DNA from: Candidatus Kaiserbacteria bacterium
GTDB lineage: Bacteria > Patescibacteriota > Minisyncoccia > Phycocordibacterales > JABMNX01
NCBI GenBank assembly: GCA_016186705.1
Contig: JACPLB010000002.1
Location: forward strand, 20,811-84,810
Direction: 5' to 3'
Length of the DNA: 64,000 nt
The position numbers and the translations under genes are program-made. The first letter of the stretch is position 1, and every line of letters starts with the position of its first letter. The notes below the pieces were generated by a model. The model did no database searches and was not told the DNA's origin. It was given only the letters and a program-made list of their open reading frames with translations. Shown piece by piece: positions 18,470 through 28,841 of the stretch.

Positions 18470-18472
18470 GTG

Positions 18473-18856
18473 TTAATTTCTAAAAAAGAAGCCGAAAAGT
18501 TTTTTAAAAAAGCCCGAGTTTCGAGAATTCTCCTCTGTCTCCGTCGCCTTGGGAGTATCAACAATGACAATGACCCTCTCTCCCTCCTTTGCGACCTCAA
18601 ATTTCTGCCGTATCTCCTCCTCAACTCCGCGCTCCGTATTCAATCGGTCAATTTCTTCCTGAAGCGCCTCTTCCCGTACGGTCAGCCCTTCAAGGTGAGA
18701 GAGCCGCTGGTTTTTATTAATCCGGGTTTCTTTTTCTTGCTGATACACTTCAAATACTCCCGGAACAAGCAGGACAGAGAGCGCGATGAGCACAATGAGC
18801 GAAGGCCATGAGTAGAGCAGTTGCCGTATTTTTCGGCGTTCGTAGAAATCAAACAT
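18473..18856 (-). CDS. FtsB/DivIC-like septum formation initiator
   Basis: N-terminal TM helix followed by a coiled coil. Confidence 0.5.
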   Translation of the reverse strand: MFDFYERRKIRQLLYSWPSLIVLIALSVLLVPGVFEVYQQEKETRINKNQRLSHLEGLTVREEALQEEIDRLNTERGVEEEIRQKFEVAKEGERVIVIVDTPKATETEENSRNSGFFKKLFGFFFRN

Positions 18857-18977
18857 AATACGAGTTAAAAGTGGAAAGTTTAAAGCGGAAAGGAGATGTG
18901 TGAAAAGATTGAAAGAAAAGCATATTTAGGTTATTATATTTTAACATCTGAAAGTGAGAAGCTAAAAGCTCTACGGT

Positions 18978-19100
18978 ATGCTTTTTCATAAGCGCACAAA
19001 AAAGGTGGTCAAATACGTTTGGATCGTGCTCGGGGTGCTCATTATCCTTAGCATGATACTGTTTTTCTCTCCGGGACTTATCCCCGGCGTCGGATATTAA
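18978..19100 (+). CDS. Possible unannotated 40-aa membrane peptide
   Basis: MLFHKRTKKVVKYVWIVLGVLIILSMILFFSPGLIPGVGY has a basic N-terminus and one TM helix. It is below the track's length cutoff, and there is no clear Shine-Dalgarno. Confidence 0.25.
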   Translation: MLFHKRTKKVVKYVWIVLGVLIILSMILFFSPGLIPGVGY

Positions 19101-19120
19101 CCCAATATCCTTTCGATACT

Positions 19121-20911
19121 TCATGCATCACCTTCTCCCCGCATAACCTTAAGGAAGACGTCTTGAGGAATGTTTACTTTCGCGTGCTGTTGCATGCGTT
19201 TTTTTCCTTTTTTCTGCTTTTCCCATAGTTTCTTTTTTCGGGTCACATCTCCTCCGTAAAGATACCCGGTGACGTCCTTTCGAAGCGCCGAGAGCTTGCG
19301 TGAGGCGAGTATTCTTCCAAGAGCGCGCGCCTGTATCTTCACGATTACCTGCTGGCGCGGAATGAGGGAGTAGAGCCGCTCCACCATATTTTCCGCTTCT
19401 TCATCCAGGCGCGCGCGGGACACGACACGAGAGAACGCGGGAACAAGCTCTTCGGCGACCAAAATGTCAAGCCGGACCACATCCGCCTCAAGCAGTCCCT
19501 CCAGATTATAGAGAATGGACGCGAAGCCTGACGACGCATTTTTGAGCTTGTCAAAGAAATTCCGCATGAGCTCGCGAAGCGGCATCCTGGCGTGGATGCG
19601 CGTCCGGTTATCGCCGAAATTTTCCGAGTCTCCGACAACCGCCTCGTGCTGAAAGAGAAGTGGCATAATGGTCCCGATATACTCCGGCGGCACGATAATC
19701 TCAATTTTTACCCACGGCTCAAGGATTTTTTCAAACGTATTATGCTCGGGAAATTGCGTCGCCGAATATATTTTTTTGTGTTCCCCGTTTCTCCGCACCA
19801 CCTCGTACGTAATGCTCGGAGTCGTTACCACAAGTTCAAGATTAAATTCGCGACGCAGGCGCTCGGTGATAATTTCAAGATGAAGCATCCCCAAAAAACC
19901 GCATCGAAACCCTCTGCCCATCACGCCGGACGTTTCCTCCTCAAAAGAAAGGGATGAGTCAGAGAGACTCAAGCGCATGAGCGCCTGTCGAAGCAGGGGA
20001 AAATCATCTTGGCTCTCGGGATAGACTGACGCCCAGACCACGGGAGACGGTTTCATGTATCCGGAGAGCGCCGGAGCAGTGCTTCCGAAAAATACCACGG
20101 TGTCTCCAACCGAGACGACCCCCGGCTTTTTTATTCCCGTGACGATGTATCCAATGGAACCTTCCGAGAGTGCGTTTACCGGTTTTTCTTCCGGAGAAAA
20201 AATGCCGATTTCAACGGCATTAAATTTTTCTTTTGCCGCTTTAAAAAGAAGCTGACGCCCCTTCCGCGCCTCTCCGTCGAGCACCCGGATATAGACGATG
20301 ACTCCGCGATGAGTGGAATATTCAAAGTCAAAGACAAGTCCTCTGAAGTCATCGTAGTGAGACTGCGGCGCCGGCACGCGCTCAATAACCTCGTCAAGAA
20401 GTTTGAGTACGCCCTCGCCGGTCTTTCCCGAGCACTCGAGAATATCTTCCGGGGCGCACCCAAGGAGCGCTGCGACTTCCCCACGTACTTCTTTGATGCG
20501 CGCAAGCGGCGAGTCAATTTTGCTTAAGACCGGCACAATGACCAAGCCAAGCTCTTGAGCCATGCGGAGCGTCGAGAGCGTCTGTGCCTGTACTCCCTGC
20601 GTGCTGTCCACCAAAAGGACAGTGCCTTCTACCGCTTTGAGCGCGCGGGATACTTCGTAGTAAAAATCAATATGCCCCGGCGTGTCAATCAAATTTAGAG
20701 TATAGCGTGTAGCGTTTTTGGTATAGGACATAGTAACGGGCTGCATTTTGATGGTAATGCCCCGTTCACGCTCAAGCTCCATGCTATCGAGTACTTGTTC
20801 TTTCATTTTCCGTTTTTCTACGGTCCCCGTCAGTTCAAGCATTCGGTCGGCGAGCGTTGATTTCCCGTGGTCAATATGCGCTATGATAGAAAAGTTTCGA
20901 ATATAATTCAT
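19121..20911 (-). CDS. lepA: Elongation factor 4 (LepA)
   Basis: MNYIRNFSIIAHIDHGKSTLADR GTPase N-terminus. Full-length EF4. Confidence 0.95.
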   Translation of the reverse strand: MNYIRNFSIIAHIDHGKSTLADRMLELTGTVEKRKMKEQVLDSMELERERGITIKMQPVTMSYTKNATRYTLNLIDTPGHIDFYYEVSRALKAVEGTVLLVDSTQGVQAQTLSTLRMAQELGLVIVPVLSKIDSPLARIKEVRGEVAALLGCAPEDILECSGKTGEGVLKLLDEVIERVPAPQSHYDDFRGLVFDFEYSTHRGVIVYIRVLDGEARKGRQLLFKAAKEKFNAVEIGIFSPEEKPVNALSEGSIGYIVTGIKKPGVVSVGDTVVFFGSTAPALSGYMKPSPVVWASVYPESQDDFPLLRQALMRLSLSDSSLSFEEETSGVMGRGFRCGFLGMLHLEIITERLRREFNLELVVTTPSITYEVVRRNGEHKKIYSATQFPEHNTFEKILEPWVKIEIIVPPEYIGTIMPLLFQHEAVVGDSENFGDNRTRIHARMPLRELMRNFFDKLKNASSGFASILYNLEGLLEADVVRLDILVAEELVPAFSRVVSRARLDEEAENMVERLYSLIPRQQVIVKIQARALGRILASRKLSALRKDVTGYLYGGDVTRKKKLWEKQKKGKKRMQQHAKVNIPQDVFLKVMRGEGDA

Positions 20912-20978
20912 AATGAGGTCTTTTTCTTAGAATACTTCAAAGACGCGGCGTGTTTCTCCACACCGCGTCGGGAAAGAA

Positions 20979-22652
20979 TCAAAGTTCGACACTTTCCTGC
21001 CCAACCGTCTGTGTCTTCCAAAACTTATGAAGGAGATAGTGCTGTATTTCCTTTATCTCCCGGTTTCCCAAGAGCTTCAGAAGAACGACGCCGGCGACAA
21101 TGCCGATGATTCCGGAGAAAAATCCTTGCGCAAATATACCCCAAAACGTATTTATATCAAAGATGTCGTCAAAAAAATCTAAAAGCTGATGGACCACGAA
21201 GCCCATAACAACGGACGCGGAGAGCACTTCAAAGAAGACTCGCAGGATTGGGCGTGAAAATTCGTGTGTGTCCCGCTGAAACAAAAACCAAAAGACGCCT
21301 GCGTTAATGAACATGCCGCATGAAAACGCCAAAGGGAGCATCAGTACTTCGGTGCCAGGGACGTCTTCTATTCGAAACAACGATTCAAAAAAATACCTGA
21401 TGATTTCCGCCGAACGGAATATTTCAAGGAAACCATACGCAAACAAAACGGTAAGTCCCGCAGAGAAAGCGTTTACCGCAAGCGGCAGACGAGTTTTTCC
21501 CGATGCGTAATAGCCGCGGACAAACAAGAGAACGAGTCCCTGGGCAATCAAGGAAAGTGTGAAAAGAGCGAGGAGCGCGGCGGTAAGACGCGTATCCGCC
21601 CAGTCGAATGCTCCGGAGCCAAGAATGACCCTGACGATCTGCGCTCGGAGTACGATGAAAAGAATGACGATGGGAGTGGACCAAAAAATAATATGCCGCG
21701 CGGCAGTAAGCATGTGAGCGATGAATTCCGCGCGGTTTCCGTTTGAGACGAGGCGCGCGAGTGTCGGGAAGGCGGCGACCGAATAGCTCGCGCCGATAAT
21801 CGCGAGGGGGACCGCTTGGAGATTGAACGAGAAATTAAAGACCGTGATGGAGCCCTCCGCCATGAGAGACGCGAGCGCTATAAGGAAAAGGAGTGCCAAA
21901 TGCTGTGCGGAGAGAGCAAGCGTTCGAGGAAGCGAGAGGAACACGACGTCTTTCAGTTCTTTGAAATCAAACCGCGTTGCTATACGGTCAAGAAAACCGC
22001 GCATGACAATGAAAGGCACTTGAATGCCCGCGTGGAGAAGCGCCCCGAGAAGGACGCCGTAGCCGAGGCCGAGAATGCCAATGGCGGGATAGAAGAAGAG
22101 TACGCCGACAATAATCCCCGCGTTGTAGAGAAGCGGCGCAAGTCCGTAGAGCACGAATCGTCCGTACACCTGGGTAACGCTTCCAAAGATGTTTGAAACC
22201 CCGAGCACTATCGGCTGAAGGAGGAGAATCCTCGTCAATAGAATGAGCGAGTCAAAGTGAGCCGAGTCAACAAGTCCCGGGAAGAGGTAGGGCACTATGC
22301 GCGGCACAAGAAAAAATAGAAGCACGCTCAAGATGGTAATAAAAAAGAGGAACGCGGAGAGGATGTGCCCGATAAAGCGTTGTTGGTAAAGATGGTCGTT
22401 CTCCCTGCTTAGAAAAGGAATGAGGGCGTATATTGACACCATTGACGCAACCGACACGAAGACCATGTCGGGAATACGAAACGCCGCGTAGTAGATATCG
22501 AGAAGCTCGCCTGCGCCAAAATAGTGGGCAAGCAGTCGGTCGCGTATCAATGCGAGTATCGCGGAGAAGAGCGCGAAGAGACCGAGGAAATAGGCGGCTT
22601 CGTGAAGGCTTCGTATCTCCCGATGGAGCGTTAAAAGAATGCGTCGAACCAT
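20979..22652 (-). CDS. murJ: Lipid II flippase MurJ/MviN
   Basis: About 14 TM helices with a MurJ-like N-terminal region. Confidence 0.8.
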   Translation of the reverse strand: MVRRILLTLHREIRSLHEAAYFLGLFALFSAILALIRDRLLAHYFGAGELLDIYYAAFRIPDMVFVSVASMVSIYALIPFLSRENDHLYQQRFIGHILSAFLFFITILSVLLFFLVPRIVPYLFPGLVDSAHFDSLILLTRILLLQPIVLGVSNIFGSVTQVYGRFVLYGLAPLLYNAGIIVGVLFFYPAIGILGLGYGVLLGALLHAGIQVPFIVMRGFLDRIATRFDFKELKDVVFLSLPRTLALSAQHLALLFLIALASLMAEGSITVFNFSFNLQAVPLAIIGASYSVAAFPTLARLVSNGNRAEFIAHMLTAARHIIFWSTPIVILFIVLRAQIVRVILGSGAFDWADTRLTAALLALFTLSLIAQGLVLLFVRGYYASGKTRLPLAVNAFSAGLTVLFAYGFLEIFRSAEIIRYFFESLFRIEDVPGTEVLMLPLAFSCGMFINAGVFWFLFQRDTHEFSRPILRVFFEVLSASVVMGFVVHQLLDFFDDIFDINTFWGIFAQGFFSGIIGIVAGVVLLKLLGNREIKEIQHYLLHKFWKTQTVGQESVEL

Positions 22653-22654
22653 GC

Positions 22655-24982
22655 TTATTCTTCCACGAGAGGCGGAGTGAAGTTCTCAAACGGCGCCCGG
22701 CCGACAATGAGATTTTCAATAATGCTGTTGACCTCTGAATTGCCAGGGTCAAGATTTTTCACAGTGGTCAATTCGCGAATGGCATCTTGAGTCCGACCGG
22801 CTTCATAGTACGAAAGCCCCAAGAAGTAACGAGCATTCGCATACCGACTGTCAATTGAAACTGCCCGTTCAAACGCGCCGATGGCGCCGGAGAAATCCCG
22901 CGTCGAATACTTAAGGAGTCCGAGCTGGAAGAACAGAAGACTATCCTGCGGAGAGAGAAGCGTTGCCGCTTCAACCGACTGAATTGCTCCCTTGGTATTA
23001 CCCTCCCCTATCTCTATCTGCGAGAGAAGTGAGATGGCATTCGTGTAATCATTTTTTATACGAAGCGCTTCGCCAATGTAATCCCGCGCTGTTTGATTGT
23101 TGCCATTAAGCGCTTCAACGCGCGCCAAGTTCAAGAGCATTCTCGGATTATTCGGATTGAGAGTTCGCGCCTGCTCATAAGCGATTTTTGCATTGTCATA
23201 CGCACCATTTATCCGAAGCGGAATGAGCGTCTCGTATATCCGACCGAGGAGAGCCCAGTTCTGGTAATTTCTTTCATCCGCAGACACCGCTTTCTGTGCG
23301 TTCTCTATAGCAGAGGTCAAGAGCGATTGAAACCGCCCCTGCAATTCTTCCGCACTGCCATCCTGATTAAGAAGTCCCGCAAGCCTAAGAAGAAATATCT
23401 CCGCGGATGCCCTGTGTGTTTGGTCGCTCTTGCTGAAAAGGAGCGCTCTGTCGGCGTTTCTTTGCGCCTCCGAAAGGTTGCCCGTCACGCGAAGGGCCAC
23501 GCCGGCGCGCTCTATGTAGACTGACGAGACAAATTTTTCCACGGAAGCGTACAGTCCTAAAGCAAAAGAGACGACGAGAACAAAGAGTAGTGCAACTATC
23601 GCAAACCCGATGCGCGGATTCTCATTAAAGGAGAGTTTCTCCGCTCGTATCCTCCCGGTCCACGTCTCTGCGGCAATGAATATTCCAGAGAAGAGAAATG
23701 CAAGGAAAAAGAGAGTCACGTGGGGAACGTAAAATACGGAAAGTATCCACAGGAAGAGCGCGGCAAAAAACGAGGACGTAGCGAGGTAATCGTCAAACAA
23801 TTTCGAATGCCTCTTGAGAAACGTGCGGGCGCCGCTTACGAGGAATAGGATAAAAAACGCGAGCCAGACAAGAGCGCCGAGAATGCCGTTCGTGATAAAG
23901 AGAGTCGGAATAATGCCGACTCCAAATGAAAAATCAACATCCCAAAACGGAGTCTGATTGGTTCTTAATGGTTTGCTGAGAAGCCATTCTTTTGTAAAAT
24001 TATTCGGTCCGGCGCCGAAGAGCGCTTCTTCCCTGTATACTTTTTCAAAGATTGCAAATGTGCTCTGCCACGAAGGCCGCGCCTCGACTTGAAACGTATT
24101 GAATTGCGCGTCAATAAATTTTTCAAATGAAGGTCCTGCGAATATAAAAAATGCCGAAATGACGAGAACGAATAGGGAGAACCCCGATATCTTTCGGGGG
24201 TGCATGTCCTGATTGGATATTGTCTCCGGAGACCCTTCTTGCGATTTTGTGAGAAATCGGGTTTCAAAAAAAGAGCGGATAAAAAGGAGTGCCGATATTC
24301 CCGCAAGAACGATCCATACCAGCGCGAAGTGGACAACGGCAATCATAAAGAGTCCCGCTATCAAATTTATGTACGAAAGAACCTTAAGCAATCCGCGCGG
24401 ACGAAGGACGTCAAGCGTTATGAGAGAGAGAATGACTATAAGCCCCGAGAAAATAGCGACGTCGTTCCACTTCCCGATTAAGTTTGATGTGCCCCCCGGG
24501 AAGACATTGAGCGGAGAAAATCCGCCGCTCAAAAACAACTGCGCAACATGGTAGACAAAAAAGATAAGCGCGGAGACCGCGAGCGTAAGGTAGAGCGTGA
24601 TAACTTTGTCTTTTGAGGTAAACAGAAACGCTCCGATTCCAAACCCGGCGGACATAACCGTGAGAAACAAGACTGTATCGAGGGCAAATCCCTGCCCGAG
24701 AAGAGAGTGAGTGAAGCTTCCGGAGAGGGCGCTCGAAATAAGGGCGACTATCGGCAATGCAAGGAGTGGGACAGCGAGCACGCCTTTGGGGAAAGTCAGT
24801 GTGTTATCTTTGAGACGAGCAACGCTCCAGAGAAGTCCCGCTAAAAAAACGCCGAGTCCAAGCATAAAAAGCTTTGTGTCGGACGCCGAAACCGATACAA
24901 AAGGAACGACGAAGATGGGTAGAAGAAACACAAGCACGAGAGTTACCAGTATCGCAAGTGAATCAAGTTTCTCGTTTGTCAT
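22655..24982 (-). CDS. O-antigen ligase (Wzy_C)-like polytopic membrane protein with a C-terminal TPR-repeat domain
   Basis: N-terminal multi-TM region plus C-terminal TPR repeats (ARYFLGLSYYEAGR etc.). Confidence 0.7.
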   Translation of the reverse strand: MTNEKLDSLAILVTLVLVFLLPIFVVPFVSVSASDTKLFMLGLGVFLAGLLWSVARLKDNTLTFPKGVLAVPLLALPIVALISSALSGSFTHSLLGQGFALDTVLFLTVMSAGFGIGAFLFTSKDKVITLYLTLAVSALIFFVYHVAQLFLSGGFSPLNVFPGGTSNLIGKWNDVAIFSGLIVILSLITLDVLRPRGLLKVLSYINLIAGLFMIAVVHFALVWIVLAGISALLFIRSFFETRFLTKSQEGSPETISNQDMHPRKISGFSLFVLVISAFFIFAGPSFEKFIDAQFNTFQVEARPSWQSTFAIFEKVYREEALFGAGPNNFTKEWLLSKPLRTNQTPFWDVDFSFGVGIIPTLFITNGILGALVWLAFFILFLVSGARTFLKRHSKLFDDYLATSSFFAALFLWILSVFYVPHVTLFFLAFLFSGIFIAAETWTGRIRAEKLSFNENPRIGFAIVALLFVLVVSFALGLYASVEKFVSSVYIERAGVALRVTGNLSEAQRNADRALLFSKSDQTHRASAEIFLLRLAGLLNQDGSAEELQGRFQSLLTSAIENAQKAVSADERNYQNWALLGRIYETLIPLRINGAYDNAKIAYEQARTLNPNNPRMLLNLARVEALNGNNQTARDYIGEALRIKNDYTNAISLLSQIEIGEGNTKGAIQSVEAATLLSPQDSLLFFQLGLLKYSTRDFSGAIGAFERAVSIDSRYANARYFLGLSYYEAGRTQDAIRELTTVKNLDPGNSEVNSIIENLIVGRAPFENFTPPLVEE

Positions 24983-25094
24983 GAGTCTTTACATTAAATG
25001 TTCATATAACTATACCAAATAACAACGCGTGAGGTAACGAATTCTGTGAGTATAAAAGAAAACAGCCCCGCTTGCGCGGGACTGTTTTCATATA

Positions 25095-25478
25095 TCTCAC
25101 TTGTATCTATAAGCCGAATTCTGTATCTCTCACTTGGATGATCTAGGTGAGGGGTGATAGCTATTTATCTGGTCCCGACGTTACCGTCGGGATCAAGCGG
25201 CACTTCCGCCGGCTGGCGGACGCGGCCTTGCATTCAGGTAAGGATTTAGCCGTTTCACCCCCTCACATGCACTGCATGTGAGGGACTGCGCCTCCAATTG
25301 AGGAGGCACCCATACGTCTTTCGTTGTACGGCGTCTCTGCTCGCACCTCTATCCTTGCGGACGACGGGTGTTACCCGCTACCCTGCTCCCCTCACATGCG
25401 TTGCAGGTGAGGGGGAATGTTCGGACTTTCCTCCAGACGCCGCAGAGGGCATCCGGCAACTATCCGATACAAGCTGTG
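25095..25478 (-). ncRNA. rnpB: RNase P RNA (bacterial type A)
   Basis: The minus strand contains GGAGGAAAGUCCGAAC (P4 5' strand) and ACAGAAUUCGGCUUAUAG (P4 3' strand). It also has GGUAACACC, GGGGGUGAAACGG and GCAAGGCC modules. A P1 helix CUUGUAUC/GAUACAAG joins the two ends. Confidence 0.85.
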
Positions 25479-25529
25479 AACAGCATACCACAAAAAGTAT
25501 AAAAAGCAATTACTCTGTACGGCTCTAGA

Positions 25530-25576
25530 GAGGCAAGAAAAAATGCCACAGGGGTATGGGGCATTTTTTATTTCTT
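25530..25576. terminator. Bidirectional intrinsic terminator between nrdJ 3' region and rnpB
   Basis: AAAAAATGCC-loop-GGCATTTTTT, a 10-bp stem with T-tracts on both sides. Confidence 0.6.
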
Positions 25577-25608
25577 TTCATCTGAGCGAAGACTGCCCAT
25601 TTGAAAGG

Positions 25609-25665
25609 CTTCGCAGGTTGAGCGGGCATGGTATCCTAAGACTTCCAGTATACTGGAAGTCTTAG
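25609..25665. repeat. Conserved ~57-nt hairpin RNA motif, copy 1 (TGAGCGGGCATGG - 36-nt hairpin - ATGAGCGAG)
   Basis: Same core as 34773-34829. The hairpin arms differ at four positions with compensatory changes that preserve pairing. Confidence 0.6.
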
Positions 25666-25745
25666 GATGAGCGAGACCGAGACTTGAGAGTGGGCGCCTG
25701 CTGGGCGCCCAACTCGTACTTTCAAATGGGCAGTGTGAGCGACCT

Positions 25746-28139
25746 TTATTCTATTTCACACGTCCCTCCCGCGCACGCGAGCTCTTTTTTAACTTCGGTC
25801 TCGTCCTGAAGTTCGTACGTCATAAGCTTTGAATAGTCAACGTTTTCGAACCGTTGAACGAGCTTCTCGTATTGTTCTTTCGTAATTTCTTCATATGGAG
25901 CAAGCTGATAGAGATGGTTGCTTCGCGGCAGGAATGAGAGTCCGCCGATGATATCCCAGTTCTTATACAGCCAGTCGGCGACGGTAATCCATTCGTTTTC
26001 TCCTACCGAAATCGTCGTTGATGGATTGTGCTCGGTGAAGTTCTTTTTGACTATCTTCCAATGTTCAAGCTGGTCGAGCGCGGTAATCTCATCTCGAAAG
26101 ACAGTGCCCTTCGGGGACTTGACCGGAAACTCCAATACGAACGTGTTGGCGCTCTCCATCGTCTGTCCAACTTCCGGATGAAACGGCACTCCTTGGTCTT
26201 TGAGCATCTTAAAGAGCGAGTCGGTTGCGGAAATGCGGATGCGGCGAATGTAATACGGAGCGTGCCGCGGATGCATGCCAGAGGCGCAGTTCACTGTCTG
26301 TGAGACTGTTCCCGACGGCTTGACGCAGGTAATTGCGTTTGAATGGTTGACGCCAAATTTTTTTGCGTACTGTTTGTTGACCTTGACGGTCTCGGCGCGA
26401 AGTTTCTTCAAAACCGGCGCCTGCCGAACCGCTTTTGAATCCCATTGACCGGTCAAGGAGACTCCAAGCAGACGTTCCGCTTCACAGTTTTCTTTCCAAT
26501 CTTTTGAAAGATATCTGAAATTCGTGAGTGTTGACTGATACGTGCCGAGAATTGTCGCGATGCGCACCTTGCGCAAAAGTGACGCTTCCGTGTCCTCCGC
26601 TCGGCAAATAACTTCGGAGAGATTGCAGAACTGCTTCGACTGTAAAATAATTTCCCCGCACGGGTTTGTTCCCGGTCGGTTGATGCCGTGCTGACCACCC
26701 TCATCAGAATTGTCCTTGTACTTATTTTTCAAATAGGCAAGGCGTCTCTCCGGCAATTGCTTCACGAGACTCCCGCGGTTAAAGATTCCGCGTTCGCCCG
26801 TGCCCGCTTTCATGAGCGCAAACCACTCTTCCATGAACTCAAGGTTTGATGGTCTCTCCTCATAGACGGCGGAATTATTCGCGAGCGAACGCTGTGGATT
26901 CGCAAGCCAAAACTGCCCGTTTTTCGCGTCCCTGACATCGTCATCATCGAGGTCGGAGAGAGAAATCATTGCCGAGCGGCGAACACCGCCAGAGACAATC
27001 GCTTCACCGATTTTGCAGATAATGTCGTGTGCGTCTATGTTGCGCAGACGCCGCCCTTGACGTGAAAGTACCCGTTCACGGGCAAAATTAAGCAATTGCC
27101 GCAGCGGTTCAGGTCCCGATGCTTTGCCGCCCATGGTCTTCAGCCGAGACCCCGCGGGACGGACGTTGGAGTAATCAAACGAAACATCTTTACCGTCAAA
27201 CCATGCTCGAAGACCATGAAGAAGAGCGTCTGCCCATCCTTCCGCCGAATCAGGTACGACGAAGACCTCGAGTTTTTTTCCAGTCTGCGGTTTGATCTGC
27301 GGAAGCTGTCCGATGTTCCAGCTCTCCACTCCAAAACCGACACCCGTTCCTTTTGACGAGAGGTAGAGAATTTCCGCGAAATCCTCGAGTCTCGTCGGCG
27401 CAATGTAGGAACAATTGTACGCGCAGACATTGCATTTGCGGGCGGCATCTCCGGCAAACTGCATGAGCCGCATTGACGGCATGACTTCCTGTTTGAGAAC
27501 TGCTTCCCGGATTTCCGTGTACTCTTTTGCGGTAAGTTTCGTCCCGAGATTCTCTTTCATAAAGCTGATGTAGCGGTCGACCGTTTCAATCCACGTCTCA
27601 CGCCGCCCCTCTTCACCTACCCAGCGCGCGTATGAACGCAGATACACAAAGTAGCCGAGGTCGTTTCCTTTAAAATATTTCGCGCTCTCCTCCGAAAGTT
27701 TTTTGACGCGCTCCGGTACGACAATGCCGAGCTCGCGAAGCTTTGCGCGTTCCGCCCGATAGAGAATGTACGATTTCGCAGTGACAACGTAATCGCCCAA
27801 AATGAGCTGCCGTTCTACTTCGTCCTGACATCCTTCGACGGTCGGCATGAAGTTACGGTATTTTCGCGCAATGCGAACCATGTCCGACGCCACCCGGTGC
27901 GCAACCATGATAGATTCCTCTTTTGAGCCCTCATTGCTTGCGACCATTGCCTTATGAATCGCGTGCGCAATCTTGTTGAAGTCAAATGGAACAATGCGTC
28001 CGTCGCGCTTTTGGATTTTACCGATAAATTTCTTGTAATCGGCTGCGTTGACGACATCTTTTTCTTGCGTGTCGACTTTTGTGTTCATAATCTCGTTAAT
28101 GTGCGCACGAGCTTTTTCCTGTTTGCGGGCATTGAGCAT
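25746..28139 (-). CDS. nrdJ: Ribonucleotide reductase, class II (adenosylcobalamin-dependent), with N-terminal ATP-cone
   Basis: NPCGEI active-site motif and C-terminal CAGGTCEIE redox tail. N-terminal ATP-cone (HINEIMNTKV...). Confidence 0.85.
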   Translation of the reverse strand: MLNARKQEKARAHINEIMNTKVDTQEKDVVNAADYKKFIGKIQKRDGRIVPFDFNKIAHAIHKAMVASNEGSKEESIMVAHRVASDMVRIARKYRNFMPTVEGCQDEVERQLILGDYVVTAKSYILYRAERAKLRELGIVVPERVKKLSEESAKYFKGNDLGYFVYLRSYARWVGEEGRRETWIETVDRYISFMKENLGTKLTAKEYTEIREAVLKQEVMPSMRLMQFAGDAARKCNVCAYNCSYIAPTRLEDFAEILYLSSKGTGVGFGVESWNIGQLPQIKPQTGKKLEVFVVPDSAEGWADALLHGLRAWFDGKDVSFDYSNVRPAGSRLKTMGGKASGPEPLRQLLNFARERVLSRQGRRLRNIDAHDIICKIGEAIVSGGVRRSAMISLSDLDDDDVRDAKNGQFWLANPQRSLANNSAVYEERPSNLEFMEEWFALMKAGTGERGIFNRGSLVKQLPERRLAYLKNKYKDNSDEGGQHGINRPGTNPCGEIILQSKQFCNLSEVICRAEDTEASLLRKVRIATILGTYQSTLTNFRYLSKDWKENCEAERLLGVSLTGQWDSKAVRQAPVLKKLRAETVKVNKQYAKKFGVNHSNAITCVKPSGTVSQTVNCASGMHPRHAPYYIRRIRISATDSLFKMLKDQGVPFHPEVGQTMESANTFVLEFPVKSPKGTVFRDEITALDQLEHWKIVKKNFTEHNPSTTISVGENEWITVADWLYKNWDIIGGLSFLPRSNHLYQLAPYEEITKEQYEKLVQRFENVDYSKLMTYELQDETEVKKELACAGGTCEIE

Positions 28140-28305
28140 GGTACAAAGGGGTATTGGTGACAGTGAGTAATTGTTTTTCTATTGTATCTCCAAAAGTCAT
28201 CCGCCGGTATGTGGAAAAGTGCTCAAAAATGCACCATGTAATAAAAAAAATATTCGGTCAACTAATGGAACGTGGGGTGCCTAGAGGAGGGCTTCTTCTC
28301 TGTCT

Positions 28306-28770
28306 CTATCGAGAGCTCCATTTCGCCCGCGAGCCGACCGCCACATCATATTTTTCCGAAAAACCGGCATTGACCTCAAGAACGTACCGTGCCGGAGACT
28401 TCGGATGGAATGTTTTAGGGTAGGTATCGGGAGAGACGTTGAGAGAGAGGTCAACAACGTGGAGATTTTCATCAAGCCAAATGATGTCTATGGGAAAAAG
28501 CATGTCTTTCATCCAAATGCCATGAAAGTCGGACTTTGGAAATACAAAAAGAAGTCCTTGTTTCTCACGAAGCGAAGAGAGATGCGAGAGTCCGAGACGT
28601 CGCGCCTGTGGAGTGTCCGCAATTGCGATCTCGATGTTTGTCGTGCCGATTGAAAACGTTGAGAGTGTGGTATGAAAGATGGTATTCTCGCTCTGCGACA
28701 CCGCTGCAAAAAAAGACGCACTCAAAAGGAGTGCCGCAGAGGCAAGCGTGCCGATGAAAAGGTGGCGCAT
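28306..28770 (-). CDS. DUF192 domain protein
   Basis: LLFVFP...IWMKDMLFPIDIIWLDENLHVV matches DUF192 (COG1430). Start placed at MRHLFIG. Confidence 0.7.
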   Translation of the reverse strand: MRHLFIGTLASAALLLSASFFAAVSQSENTIFHTTLSTFSIGTTNIEIAIADTPQARRLGLSHLSSLREKQGLLFVFPKSDFHGIWMKDMLFPIDIIWLDENLHVVDLSLNVSPDTYPKTFHPKSPARYVLEVNAGFSEKYDVAVGSRAKWSSR

Positions 28771-28841
28771 GATAGTATTATATAAACTCGCAAGCCAAAA
28801 TGACAGCAGAAAAATCCGAAACAGACAGATTGAGACGTTCC

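Noticed and set aside
25298-25528. 76-aa + strand ORF from the track.
   Set aside because: It lies entirely inside the RNase P RNA gene on the opposite strand and has no translation signals.
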